Shown piece after piece: positions 1 through 8,192 of a stretch of DNA of 22,166 nt. Below the pieces are notes generated by a model. It saw nothing but the letters and a program-made list of their open reading frames with translations. It was not told the origin of the DNA and made no database searches. Made by a program: the position numbers and the translations under genes. Numbering within the stretch: position 1 is the first letter of the stretch; each line of letters opens with the position of its first letter. This DNA is from a virus, in IMG/VR virus record IMGVR_UViG_3300044971_003869; one strand, given 5' to 3'.

Positions 1-23
1 TAATATAAATATTTGGAAACAAT

Positions 24-398
24 ATGGTTGACCACGACGCTATGAGAAAAGCTTATTTAAGGGCTATTGACGAAGATATCGAAGAATCTTCTGATAAAGA
101 AGTTTTTAAAAAACCCTATAGGGGTAAATTTGGGAAAAAATTTTTTAGCCCCTTTTCTATTTCTACTTTTTCTTTATTTTTCAAAAAACTTTTTAGAAAA
201 GATAGACTGACTGTAGTATTAAAGTCTGATACTACCTCAAAAAAAATAGAGGTCATTAAGTTTACTCCACAAGAAACTGATACTATAACGAGTGCAGCAT
301 CTACTATGGGTGTTACATTGGAACAATTTTTTAAACATCTTTTTGAGGAGATAGTCAAAGATGCAGAAAGAAAAACTAACTTGCGAGAACTGTCATAA
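24..398 (+). CDS. hypothetical protein, 124 aa, Lys/Phe-rich with acidic N-terminus
   Basis: Open ATG-start ORF; stop overlaps the next ORF (361..669) on the same strand, typical of phage gene packing. Confidence 0.65.
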   Translation: MVDHDAMRKAYLRAIDEDIEESSDKEVFKKPYRGKFGKKFFSPFSISTFSLFFKKLFRKDRLTVVLKSDTTSKKIEVIKFTPQETDTITSAASTMGVTLEQFFKHLFEEIVKDAERKTNLRELS

Positions 399-669
399 AG
401 ACTGGCAGAGAATTCCTTCTAGAGGAAGAAAGCCAAAGCTATGTCCTTCTTGCATCTCTGGTCCAGTCCAGGTTAAGGACTCTCCAAAACCAGTTGCACA
501 AAAAGTATTAGATCATGACTCAATGCCATTTCCTGGCCCAAGCAAATGGGCTTGTCGTTCTTGTGGAGCCTCAATAAGCATAGGTATAGATATAAAGCAC
601 CCGCCAACTCACCAGTGCCAAAAACGCCTTAAAAGAATTTATGCGCTTGAGTTAATACGGGAAGCTTAA
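361..669 (+). CDS. small zinc-ribbon-like protein, 102 aa
   Basis: Two CxxC pairs (CENC and CPSC) in the first 35 aa plus CRSC and a downstream H/C; overlaps upstream ORF by 38 nt. Confidence 0.6.
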   Translation: MQKEKLTCENCHKDWQRIPSRGRKPKLCPSCISGPVQVKDSPKPVAQKVLDHDSMPFPGPSKWACRSCGASISIGIDIKHPPTHQCQKRLKRIYALELIREA

Positions 670-706
670 TTAAAAAATATTCCTACAAAAAATAATATGT
701 TAACTC

Positions 707-726
707 TTTCACACTTGTTTGTGAAA
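707..726. promoter_or_regulatory. perfect 7-bp inverted repeat TTTCACA-N6-TGTGAAA, candidate operator
   Basis: Direct read: TTTCACA (707-713) CTTGTT TGTGAAA (720-726), just upstream of a TATAAT at 750-755. Confidence 0.4.
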
Positions 727-749
727 TGATTTTCTAATTAATCTGTTAT

Positions 750-755
750 TATAAT
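750..755 (+). promoter_or_regulatory. candidate -10 element TATAAT for the small ORF at 784
   Basis: TATAAT 28 nt upstream of the ATG, with AAGGAG SD (773-778) in between; -35 is weak (TGATTT at 727-732). Confidence 0.45.
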
Positions 756-783
756 GCTTGAGTACAAACCCCAAGGAGACACC

Positions 784-921
784 ATGCATTACGGTATCGA
801 TGAGATCATGATTAAATATATTAATAATACAGATTCTTTTAAGAAGAAAAGAGCTCGCAACAAAGAGTCTCATGTTATTTTTTTAACTCGCAAAGAACGC
901 AAAGCTAAACAAAAGATCTAA
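784..921 (+). CDS. small basic protein, 45 aa (MHYGIDEIMIKYINNTDSFKKKRARNKESHVIFLTRKERKAKQKI), missing from the ORF track
   Basis: ATG with SD AAGGAG 5 nt upstream, candidate -10 upstream, C-terminus rich in K/R. Confidence 0.6.
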   Translation: MHYGIDEIMIKYINNTDSFKKKRARNKESHVIFLTRKERKAKQKI

Positions 922-944
922 TTTTTTTAAACTAGAACCTCAGA

Positions 945-1886
945 TTACAAAATGCCTCTCATAACCTTAATTGCATTCTCCGTAGACTGTATTACATTAC
1001 TTAGGGTTCCTGGAGACATTACTCCAGTTCCACCAGCTCTTACAATAGGTTTTACGGCCCTCTGAGCTTTTGCTACACCGTGTTTCTCAATTGATTCTTC
1101 TATATTCTTACTTACTTGTCCCATTATTTTAATATCTTCTTGACTAAAACTTTTTTTTGCGTATTGCCTTGGCCTATAACCCCTTTCTTCTCCTATATCA
1201 ACACCAATAGTTCCTAGCATTCTTCCTTTAAGATTTTTAATAATTCCTTTGTTTCCTTCGTTCACAGAAATGCTCTCAAATCCACGAACATCTTCTTCTA
1301 TTCCAATAGAAGGAAAAAACAACTCTGGAATTATTCCTTCAACTGATTTTTGAGAAGTCGTAATTGCCGAAGGAAGTGTTAATTTAGATAAACCAAATCT
1401 ATCAGCTTGTTCTGCCATGCCCAAAAGGTCATCGTACACTTTTAAGTTTAGATCTGTAATTTCTCCTATTTCAAGTCCAGATTTTAAATTAGCAATCGTT
1501 TCTCCTTTTCTAAAGTCTATATTTGGATCGATTTTCATGTCTGCGATCATATTTGAGTTTACTTTAATTCTATATAAATCCATTTCGTTGGATCTAAATT
1601 CACTTCCAAAAGTTGAACCCCACAAATCATGACTAGCCTGAGTGTGATATGGGTGGGAGTAAAAAAAGGCTCTGTCTTTTAATTCTTGTTGAACTCCATA
1701 TTGAAAGTTTATTTTTTTTTCTGCGTTAAAACCATACTTTAAAAGACTTTCTCTCGCTTCACGAGGAGCATAATGATACAAATACCCGCTACTCTCTGCA
1801 TATAGTTTGGCAAATTCTAAAGAAGACATATTTTCATTTAGAATTTTTAATCCTTGTGGTCCTGTTAAGCTAAAATGCTGCTGCAT
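945..1886 (-). CDS. hypothetical protein, 313 aa; N-terminus weakly ADP-ribosyltransferase-like
   Basis: Long ORF with strong SD (ATAGGAGGTTTTATG). N-terminal 'YLYHYAPREARESLLKYGFN...FFYSHPY...DLYRIKV' pattern. Confidence 0.75.
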   Translation of the reverse strand: MQQHFSLTGPQGLKILNENMSSLEFAKLYAESSGYLYHYAPREARESLLKYGFNAEKKINFQYGVQQELKDRAFFYSHPYHTQASHDLWGSTFGSEFRSNEMDLYRIKVNSNMIADMKIDPNIDFRKGETIANLKSGLEIGEITDLNLKVYDDLLGMAEQADRFGLSKLTLPSAITTSQKSVEGIIPELFFPSIGIEEDVRGFESISVNEGNKGIIKNLKGRMLGTIGVDIGEERGYRPRQYAKKSFSQEDIKIMGQVSKNIEESIEKHGVAKAQRAVKPIVRAGGTGVMSPGTLSNVIQSTENAIKVMRGIL

Positions 1887-1968
1887 AAAACCTCCTATAA
1901 TTATTTTAATATAGTAACTGGGATTATCTAGACCTCAAATCACACATTTTTCTGCTATACTAACTGAC

Positions 1969-2181
1969 ATGAATTACACAGATATTTACAGAAGAATCTA
2001 TGAATCTGTTAAAACAGAAATAATAGACCACACAGACGCACATTATGCGTCTTTAAGAATTGCAGATGCAATTTCCTATTTAAGTTTGAGCTGCGAAAAA
2101 AAGGCAAGCACCTTAGAAGTTATCAAAGATATAGTGTTAAGCTTAAGAAGCGATGCTATAATAGAGCAAGATCAGCAATAG
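1969..2181 (+). CDS. hypothetical protein, 70 aa, helical
   Basis: ATG ORF with no SD; TATACT hexamer 7 nt upstream suggests a leaderless transcript. Confidence 0.55.
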   Translation: MNYTDIYRRIYESVKTEIIDHTDAHYASLRIADAISYLSLSCEKKASTLEVIKDIVLSLRSDAIIEQDQQ

Positions 2182-2193
2182 CGATCACATCGT

Positions 2194-2267
<74 letters not shown>

Positions 2268-2288
2268 ATTTAAACAAGAAAGAATGAA

Positions 2289-3299
2289 ATGAATAAAAGA
2301 GTATTTTTAACAGGAGCTGGTGGCTTTGTTGGTCACCATACTTTGGAGCACATCTTAAAGACAACGGATTGGGATGTCGTAATTAGCGACTCTTTCCGCC
2401 ATCGTGGCGTTACAGACAGAGTTACCTCTATAGCTTGCTGGGAATCCGAAAGACATCGTGTTCAGCTCATTACTCATGATCTAACTGTTCCTTTCTCTGA
2501 CGTAATGATTAAGGACATGGGTCATATTGACTATATTATTTCAATGGCATCTGACTCACATGTTGACAGATCAATTACAGACCCAGCACCTTTTATTTTA
2601 AATAATGTTGCGCTTGTTGTTAATATGTTGGAGCTTGCCCGCAAGATTCAACCAGAAGTATTCTTGCATGTGTCAACCGACGAGGTTTATGGCCCAGCAC
2701 CAGCCGGGTATGCCCACGTAGAGTGGGACACAATCCTTCCATCTAATCCATACTCTGGCTCAAAGGCTGCACAGGAAGCTGCCTGTATCTCTTACTGGCG
2801 TACATTTGGAGTGCCAGTAATTATTACAAATACTATGAACATTATTGGTGAGCGTCAGGATCCTGAAAAGTTTGTTCCAAAGATTATGTATTGTTTAGAG
2901 AAGAATATTCCTATGACAATTCACGGAACTCCAGAAAACATTGGGTCTCGTTTCTATCTCCACGCAAGAAATCAAGCTGACGCATTGGTTTTTATTTTAA
3001 AAAATTTACCAGCGGTTTCTTATCCAAATTCAGACAGACCAGACAAGTACCACATTGTTGGCGAACGTGAAGTCAACAACTTAGAAATGGCTCAAATGGT
3101 AGCAGAGTTTTGGGGTAAAGAACTTAAGTTTGAGTTTGAAGACTTCCATACTACAAGACCGGGACATGATCTAAGATATGCTCTTGATGGTACTAAGCTA
3201 GCAAAAGCAGGATGGAAGGCTCCCATGCCTTTAGAGAAGTCTCTACAGACAACTGTAGAATGGACTAAGAAGCATCCAGAATGGCTGTGGAGAGACTAA
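2289..3299 (+). CDS. NAD-dependent epimerase/dehydratase, dTDP-glucose 4,6-dehydratase (RmlB)-like
   Basis: N-terminal TGAGGFVGHH Rossmann motif, STDEVYG, YSGSK (YxxxK), TMNIIGERQ-like segment. Confidence 0.88.
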   Translation: MNKRVFLTGAGGFVGHHTLEHILKTTDWDVVISDSFRHRGVTDRVTSIACWESERHRVQLITHDLTVPFSDVMIKDMGHIDYIISMASDSHVDRSITDPAPFILNNVALVVNMLELARKIQPEVFLHVSTDEVYGPAPAGYAHVEWDTILPSNPYSGSKAAQEAACISYWRTFGVPVIITNTMNIIGERQDPEKFVPKIMYCLEKNIPMTIHGTPENIGSRFYLHARNQADALVFILKNLPAVSYPNSDRPDKYHIVGEREVNNLEMAQMVAEFWGKELKFEFEDFHTTRPGHDLRYALDGTKLAKAGWKAPMPLEKSLQTTVEWTKKHPEWLWRD

Positions 3300-4735
3300 A
3301 GTCTAGCCCTTAAGATAGATAAAAGGGCACCAGCTTCACGCAAAGCTCCAGACCCTCTCTTGCCCATGGTAACAGCTTTAGATGCTTGACGAGCAGCTTG
3401 TACGCCTCTGCTAGATCTATTGATAACAATATTAGGTGATCTTGGAGCTATATTTTCTACTGACTCCACAACGTCGCTAGCTATAGTGCCAATAGCTTTT
3501 GGTTTTGCAGCCAAAGGTTGCCCATGTATGGGTGAATCTACAACCATTTTTAATTGCTGTGCTTGGCGGAAATTTCCTTCATTATCTAATAGATCATATC
3601 TTGCTGTGCCATAATCAAAATCTTGCTCTGCTAATGATTCCATATCTTGTAATAAACCTAATCTTTTTGCATCAAAAGCTTCTATATCTTTTGTGTTTTC
3701 AATTACCGTTCCAACCGTTGCCACATGACCATAGTGTCTTTGATCATTCAGCGTTGTTTTAAGTATTTTTCTTTCTTTTCTTTTTAGTGGAGCACCTGAT
3801 CTTCTTGCTTCTGTAACTAAACTATCGTAATATGAATCTGTATACATTGGACCAAAAATTTCCGGACCATGATCTGCGTATGCAACACGGCCAAGATTAA
3901 TTGGGTTAGAGTCAGTTATTTTTGAGTTAGCATGTAACGCATGCATTCTTATCCTTCCGGATTCAGCAATGCCTTCTTCAATTCCGGTTTGAGTCATTAC
4001 TCGACGATAACTGTCAGCTACCCCTTCTACCCAATTTTTTTTATAACGTGGATCCTTTCTTTGGGTAACCCATCCATATAGGTTTGATATTGGTTCATTT
4101 TGTGCTGCAGCTCTTCTTCCGCTTATATCGCTAAATCCATGAGTTAATTCATGGTAAGCTAAATTAACAGGATGTTCAAAAACTCCTGCAGAAAATTCTT
4201 CGGCACCATAAAATGTTGCACGCGTTATATCTTCTAGTTTTTGGGGAATTTTTATGCCTTCAGCATCTAGTATTCTTCCTAATTTTTCGTGACTAAAATT
4301 TGAATTTGGACCACCAACTGTGGCTTGAAATCCTCCTCCTGCAAATTTTTCTTCTTGTATCTGAGCTGTTTTTAAAGGGTGAAGAATTCTTTGTTTTAAA
4401 CTTATCTTTGGATTTACAATTTCTTCATATCTTTTTTGGTCTATTATTACGCCCACATGTCTGGATGAAAGTTCTGATCCAACCCCAAGAAATGGAGCTC
4501 CAGCACCTTTTGAAGTTCCCATATGAAAAGCAATGTTGGTATCAGCAAAATTAGACTCTCTTAAAAGAGCTTCAGTTTGATTGACTAGATTTGCATCAAC
4601 TATGTCTGTAGCTGATTTTCCAATATGAAATTTATAAGGTTCAGGTATTGGATCAAATTGAAGAATATTTGAATTTAAAGTACTAGATTGGTTTGGTATT
4701 ATATCTGAAATAAAATTGTGAATATTTTGAGCCAT
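3296..4735 (-). CDS. putative zincin-type metallopeptidase, 479 aa
   Basis: HExxH motif as YHELTHGF at 4139-4153 and a downstream EEGIAE candidate third ligand; basic C-terminal tail. Confidence 0.6.
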   Translation of the reverse strand: MAQNIHNFISDIIPNQSSTLNSNILQFDPIPEPYKFHIGKSATDIVDANLVNQTEALLRESNFADTNIAFHMGTSKGAGAPFLGVGSELSSRHVGVIIDQKRYEEIVNPKISLKQRILHPLKTAQIQEEKFAGGGFQATVGGPNSNFSHEKLGRILDAEGIKIPQKLEDITRATFYGAEEFSAGVFEHPVNLAYHELTHGFSDISGRRAAAQNEPISNLYGWVTQRKDPRYKKNWVEGVADSYRRVMTQTGIEEGIAESGRIRMHALHANSKITDSNPINLGRVAYADHGPEIFGPMYTDSYYDSLVTEARRSGAPLKRKERKILKTTLNDQRHYGHVATVGTVIENTKDIEAFDAKRLGLLQDMESLAEQDFDYGTARYDLLDNEGNFRQAQQLKMVVDSPIHGQPLAAKPKAIGTIASDVVESVENIAPRSPNIVINRSSRGVQAARQASKAVTMGKRGSGALREAGALLSILRARL

Positions 4736-4792
4736 AAAAGAACCTTATTGATTACTATATTTTAAATAGTAACCATGTTTTGGAGGTATGTT

Positions 4793-5011
4793 ATGGCTGG
4801 AAAAAAGCCCGCAAAAAAAAATGTCTCAACCCCTGTTAAAGAAGCAGTAAAACAGCTTCCTGGAAAGGCTGTTCTTTATATAGGTTCAAGTTTAAAATTA
4901 TTTAAATGCCCTACCTGTAGTAGACAACTAAAAAAGGGAATTGTATGGGAAGAAGGTTCTACTGCGTACTGCACAAGAACATGTATACCAAAAGTAGAAG
5001 TTGCACAATAG
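4793..5011 (+). CDS. small Zn-ribbon-like protein, 72 aa
   Basis: Start moved from 4775 to 4793: GGAGG at 4782-4786 precedes ATGGCTGG. Contains CPTC and later TYCTRTC. Confidence 0.65.
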   Translation: MAGKKPAKKNVSTPVKEAVKQLPGKAVLYIGSSLKLFKCPTCSRQLKKGIVWEEGSTAYCTRTCIPKVEVAQ

Positions 5012-5085
5012 TGGAAGCTATGGTAATATGGTGGGTAAGCGTTTTTATAGCGTTTGCACTTCGGATATATTAAAGGATCAGAAAA

Positions 5086-5403
5086 ATGACAGAATATTGG
5101 TTAGCTGAATTTTTAGAGGAAATGGACAGAAAACTTCCTCCAGCAGAACAAGAATATGTAAACGCTATGTTATCAATCGTAGCAAAATATGGAAAGCTAT
5201 CCAATGGTGACAGTAATGGCATCTGGGTTGGCTATGTTCCAGGAGTAGAGAACGATAATCTTTCTATTGGCGTTAAGTGCGGTAACTGTGCTTTCTATGA
5301 GGGTAATGGAGTTTGCAAGATTGCAGCTGGCCAAGTAGAAGATAATGGATATTGTCGTTTAGCTGCCATTCCAGATGGTGTAGTAAAAGGGTACAGAAAA
5401 TAA
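5086..5403 (+). CDS. small Cys-motif protein, HiPIP-like pattern, 105 aa
   Basis: CGNCAFYEGNGVCKIAAGQVEDNGYCRLAAIP resembles C-x2-C...C...GWC of high-potential iron-sulfur proteins; SD AAAGGA upstream. Confidence 0.6.
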   Translation: MTEYWLAEFLEEMDRKLPPAEQEYVNAMLSIVAKYGKLSNGDSNGIWVGYVPGVENDNLSIGVKCGNCAFYEGNGVCKIAAGQVEDNGYCRLAAIPDGVVKGYRK

Positions 5404-5780
5404 TGACAAACTATTGGTTGTCTGAATATGACTCTCCAGATGATGAGGAGATGCCAGAAGACGAAGAGATGCCTGAAGAGCCAGAGGACGAAGAAGATCC
5501 TGACGATCCAGAAGAAAAATTAAATGACCGTCAAAAAATGATGTATGAACAATACGAACAGTGTGTAGAAATGCATGGTAAGTTTGACCAAACATCAAAA
5601 GGTAATGGTGCACACTACGCACCAGCAGCTAAGAATCCTTTCATTAAAGAAGGACTTATCTGTTCTAATTGCGTATTTTTTATGGGTGGTCAAGGCTGCG
5701 AAATAGTAGCTGGCAAGGTAGAAGCCAATGCTGTCTGTAAATTGTGGATTATTCCAGAAGAACTATTGACTAAGAAATAG
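5403..5780 (+). CDS. paralogous small Cys-motif protein with acidic insert, HiPIP-like pattern, 125 aa
   Basis: Start moved from 5352 to 5403 (TAATG overlap with upstream stop); N-terminus MTNYWLSEY mirrors MTEYWLAEF upstream; CSNCVFFMGGQGCEIVAGKVEANAVCKLWIIP. Confidence 0.6.
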   Translation: MTNYWLSEYDSPDDEEMPEDEEMPEEPEDEEDPDDPEEKLNDRQKMMYEQYEQCVEMHGKFDQTSKGNGAHYAPAAKNPFIKEGLICSNCVFFMGGQGCEIVAGKVEANAVCKLWIIPEELLTKK

Positions 5781-5795
5781 TGTATAATATAGCTT

Positions 5796-6416
5796 ATGAA
5801 GCTATCAAACAATCCTTACAGATCATCTAAGATTACTCTTCCATACATTTGTATATATGATTATTTTACAAATGAAGAGTTAGATCACATTGAATTCTTG
5901 TCAAAAACCAAAGCCCTAAACAAAGCTACTACAGTTGCTCAAGAAAGTGGCTTGGTTGTATATGATAATCCAATTAGAATTTCTAGCAATTGTTTTCATG
6001 GATATACTGAAGAAAATGCCTGGTTCTTTGAGAAGCTTAATACAGCCATTGAGTCAGTAAATAATTCTGTTTATGGCTTTGAGCTTTACGGCTACAAAGA
6101 CTACCAGTACACTGAATATAGCGGAGAAGAAAAAGGTAAATATGGAATACATATGGACCTTATCATGACCGATGCCAAGCCTGCTGATTTACTTGACACA
6201 AGAAAACTTTCTTTGTCCCTTTTGTTATCTGATCAAGGAAAAGATTTTACTGGTGGAGATTTTCTTATTTATGAAGGCGGATCGCCAACAAGAATAGAAG
6301 CACCAAAAGGTACAATGATATTCTTCCCATCCTTTATGCTTCATGAGGTAACACCAGTTACAGAAGGCTTAAGAAAGTCTATTGTAGTGTGGGTTGAAGG
6401 ACCTAAGTTTAAATAA
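5796..6416 (+). CDS. 2OG-Fe(II) oxygenase, prolyl-4-hydroxylase-like
   Basis: Fe ligands HMD...H (HxD...FMLHEVTPV) plus downstream R (LRKSIVVW); GGDF strand characteristic of the double-stranded beta-helix fold. Confidence 0.85.
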   Translation: MKLSNNPYRSSKITLPYICIYDYFTNEELDHIEFLSKTKALNKATTVAQESGLVVYDNPIRISSNCFHGYTEENAWFFEKLNTAIESVNNSVYGFELYGYKDYQYTEYSGEEKGKYGIHMDLIMTDAKPADLLDTRKLSLSLLLSDQGKDFTGGDFLIYEGGSPTRIEAPKGTMIFFPSFMLHEVTPVTEGLRKSIVVWVEGPKFK

Positions 6417-6417
6417 A

Positions 6418-7041
6418 CTAGGCAAACTTTGACTGACTAGCAAATACAGTAAAGGTACTAGCTGCTGTTTTGATAATCGTCAAAGTATAAACATCTACAG
6501 AGTTTGCATTTCCGCTTGGCGCAGATCCACCAAACCATTTTGTTGACACTGTTGCATTCGTATCAATTGTGACACTGCTTAAATTTCTGGCAGTTGAGTT
6601 TGTGCAGAACAAAACTACAGTTAAAGACTGCCCAGTAGACATAAGAGAATCTAGTGTATTAGAAGAATTTCCCCTTATATTAAATGTGAAGTTGCCACTT
6701 GAATTTGATGTATAGTAATAAACAGCTCCTGACAACATGTCTATGTTTACTGTTCCAGTGAGCGCAGTGGACGATAAGGAAGCCTGCTCTAAAGATTGTT
6801 GAAGTGTTGTTGTTCCAGTAATGGTTAAGCTGTTATCTGTTTTTAAAACACCCGCTGAGGACCTATATATATTAGTGTCTGAATTTCCAGAACCAGAACT
6901 CCATTTTATTTTGCCTCCAGCATCAATTGCAAAGTTTGGAGTAGCACTGCTAGATGGGCCTATCTCAATAGCATTATCTGAAGATGTACTAAATTTTTGA
7001 GCACGAATTAAATTATAAAAATTAGGCATGGCCTCAACCAC
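6418..7041 (-). CDS. short tail-fibre-like protein, 207 aa
   Basis: C-terminal ~130 aa closely resembles the C-terminus of the 888-aa fibre protein (WFGG(S/T)xPSGNA...ASQSKFA). Confidence 0.75.
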   Translation of the reverse strand: MVEAMPNFYNLIRAQKFSTSSDNAIEIGPSSSATPNFAIDAGGKIKWSSGSGNSDTNIYRSSAGVLKTDNSLTITGTTTLQQSLEQASLSSTALTGTVNIDMLSGAVYYYTSNSSGNFTFNIRGNSSNTLDSLMSTGQSLTVVLFCTNSTARNLSSVTIDTNATVSTKWFGGSAPSGNANSVDVYTLTIIKTAASTFTVFASQSKFA

Positions 7042-7091
7042 ATTCCTTCTATGTAGGGCCCTTCAAGGCTTATTTAAATAGTAATAAAATC

Positions 7092-8192
7092 TCAAACTTG
7101 ACACAAGTCTAATATGTCTTTGTAGTTACCAAAGACCTCAACAAATATTGAGTACATACCATATGCTTCTGGATTTTTGTTTTTAAGAGCTATTTTTACT
7201 GCTTCTATTTGAGATCCATCAAATGAATTAAAATCTAATCCAAGACCGTCAAGTATTATTGACTGTTGGGTTTGTAGTTTTTCTATTTCTTTTTGTAAAA
7301 TATAATTTTTATCCTCTTCAGAAAGATTGATATTAAATATATTAATTAAATTAGACAATGAAAGATGAGCTACTCTTTTTAGCACTTCGGTATTCATTAA
7401 TTGAGTTAATGAGCCAAACGAATCTGTGCCTACCTTAGCATCTGGATCACCGGACAAATATTTAAAAACTTGCATGTCTGGTTGAGTAGATCTAATCTCA
7501 TTTTTAAATTCTTCAGAAAATTTTAATGTATTAATAAAGTTTTTTGCTCTAGAAGAAATTGTCTCATTGTTATTCCATGGCTCTTCTGTAACGTCTGACC
7601 ATTCAATAATCTGCTTTAAGTTTCCTTGGAGTGTTTTAGATGTTCTTGGAAATGGGTCTTCATTTAAATAATAATTTTCATCTACGTTTGCATGAATGTA
7701 TATTAGATGAGCAACGGAATTAATAGAAAATATTGGTTCATAAACATATAGATCTTCAAGATTATCAATCAAAGGAACTGGATCTGCATCATCTTTCATA
7801 AAAGTCTCAGGCCCATACTTATCGTAGTGACATCTCCATGCATTCCATACTGGAATTGAATCATGGAATAAGAATCCACCAACAGAATCATTTGGATCAT
7901 TGTCATAATATCTTTTAATTCTTTCAAATATTTGAAGATTAATTATTTCCTCTTCAATACCATCAGAAGCTACAAGATTATTTAAAGCAAAAATGCTTAA
8001 GCTATGGTTGAAGCAAATAAGTATATTGTTGTCCGGAAGTCTAAGAGCTTTAATGTTATCTTCATAAACTTTATTCTCTTCTATTTTTTTAAGAAATATT
8101 GTTATTTCTTCAGAGGTTTTTCCAATATGCTGTAGCACAAAGAAAGTTGAGTATTCATCAATAACTTCTTTATTAAAATTTTCTATAATCAT
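7092..8192 (-). CDS. hypothetical protein, 366 aa, located among tail-fibre genes
   Basis: Long ORF with GGAGAAT SD; no recognised motif. Confidence 0.7.
   Translation of the reverse strand: MIIENFNKEVIDEYSTFFVLQHIGKTSEEITIFLKKIEENKVYEDNIKALRLPDNNILICFNHSLSIFALNNLVASDGIEEEIINLQIFERIKRYYDNDPNDSVGGFLFHDSIPVWNAWRCHYDKYGPETFMKDDADPVPLIDNLEDLYVYEPIFSINSVAHLIYIHANVDENYYLNEDPFPRTSKTLQGNLKQIIEWSDVTEEPWNNNETISSRAKNFINTLKFSEEFKNEIRSTQPDMQVFKYLSGDPDAKVGTDSFGSLTQLMNTEVLKRVAHLSLSNLINIFNINLSEEDKNYILQKEIEKLQTQQSIILDGLGLDFNSFDGSQIEAVKIALKNKNPEAYGMYSIFVEVFGNYKDILDLCQV

Noticed and set aside
3420-4554. Plus-strand ORFs within the metallopeptidase gene
   Set aside because: Antisense to a longer ORF carrying the HELTH motif and a plausible protein composition.
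4775-4792. Upstream start MFWRYV of the Zn-ribbon ORF
   Set aside because: This segment contains the GGAGG SD for the ATG at 4793, so the longer N-terminus is unlikely.
5352-5402. N-terminal extension MSFSCHSRWCSKRVQKI of the second Cys-motif ORF
   Set aside because: It overlaps the upstream gene out of frame; ATG at 5403 gives an N-terminus paralogous to the upstream protein.
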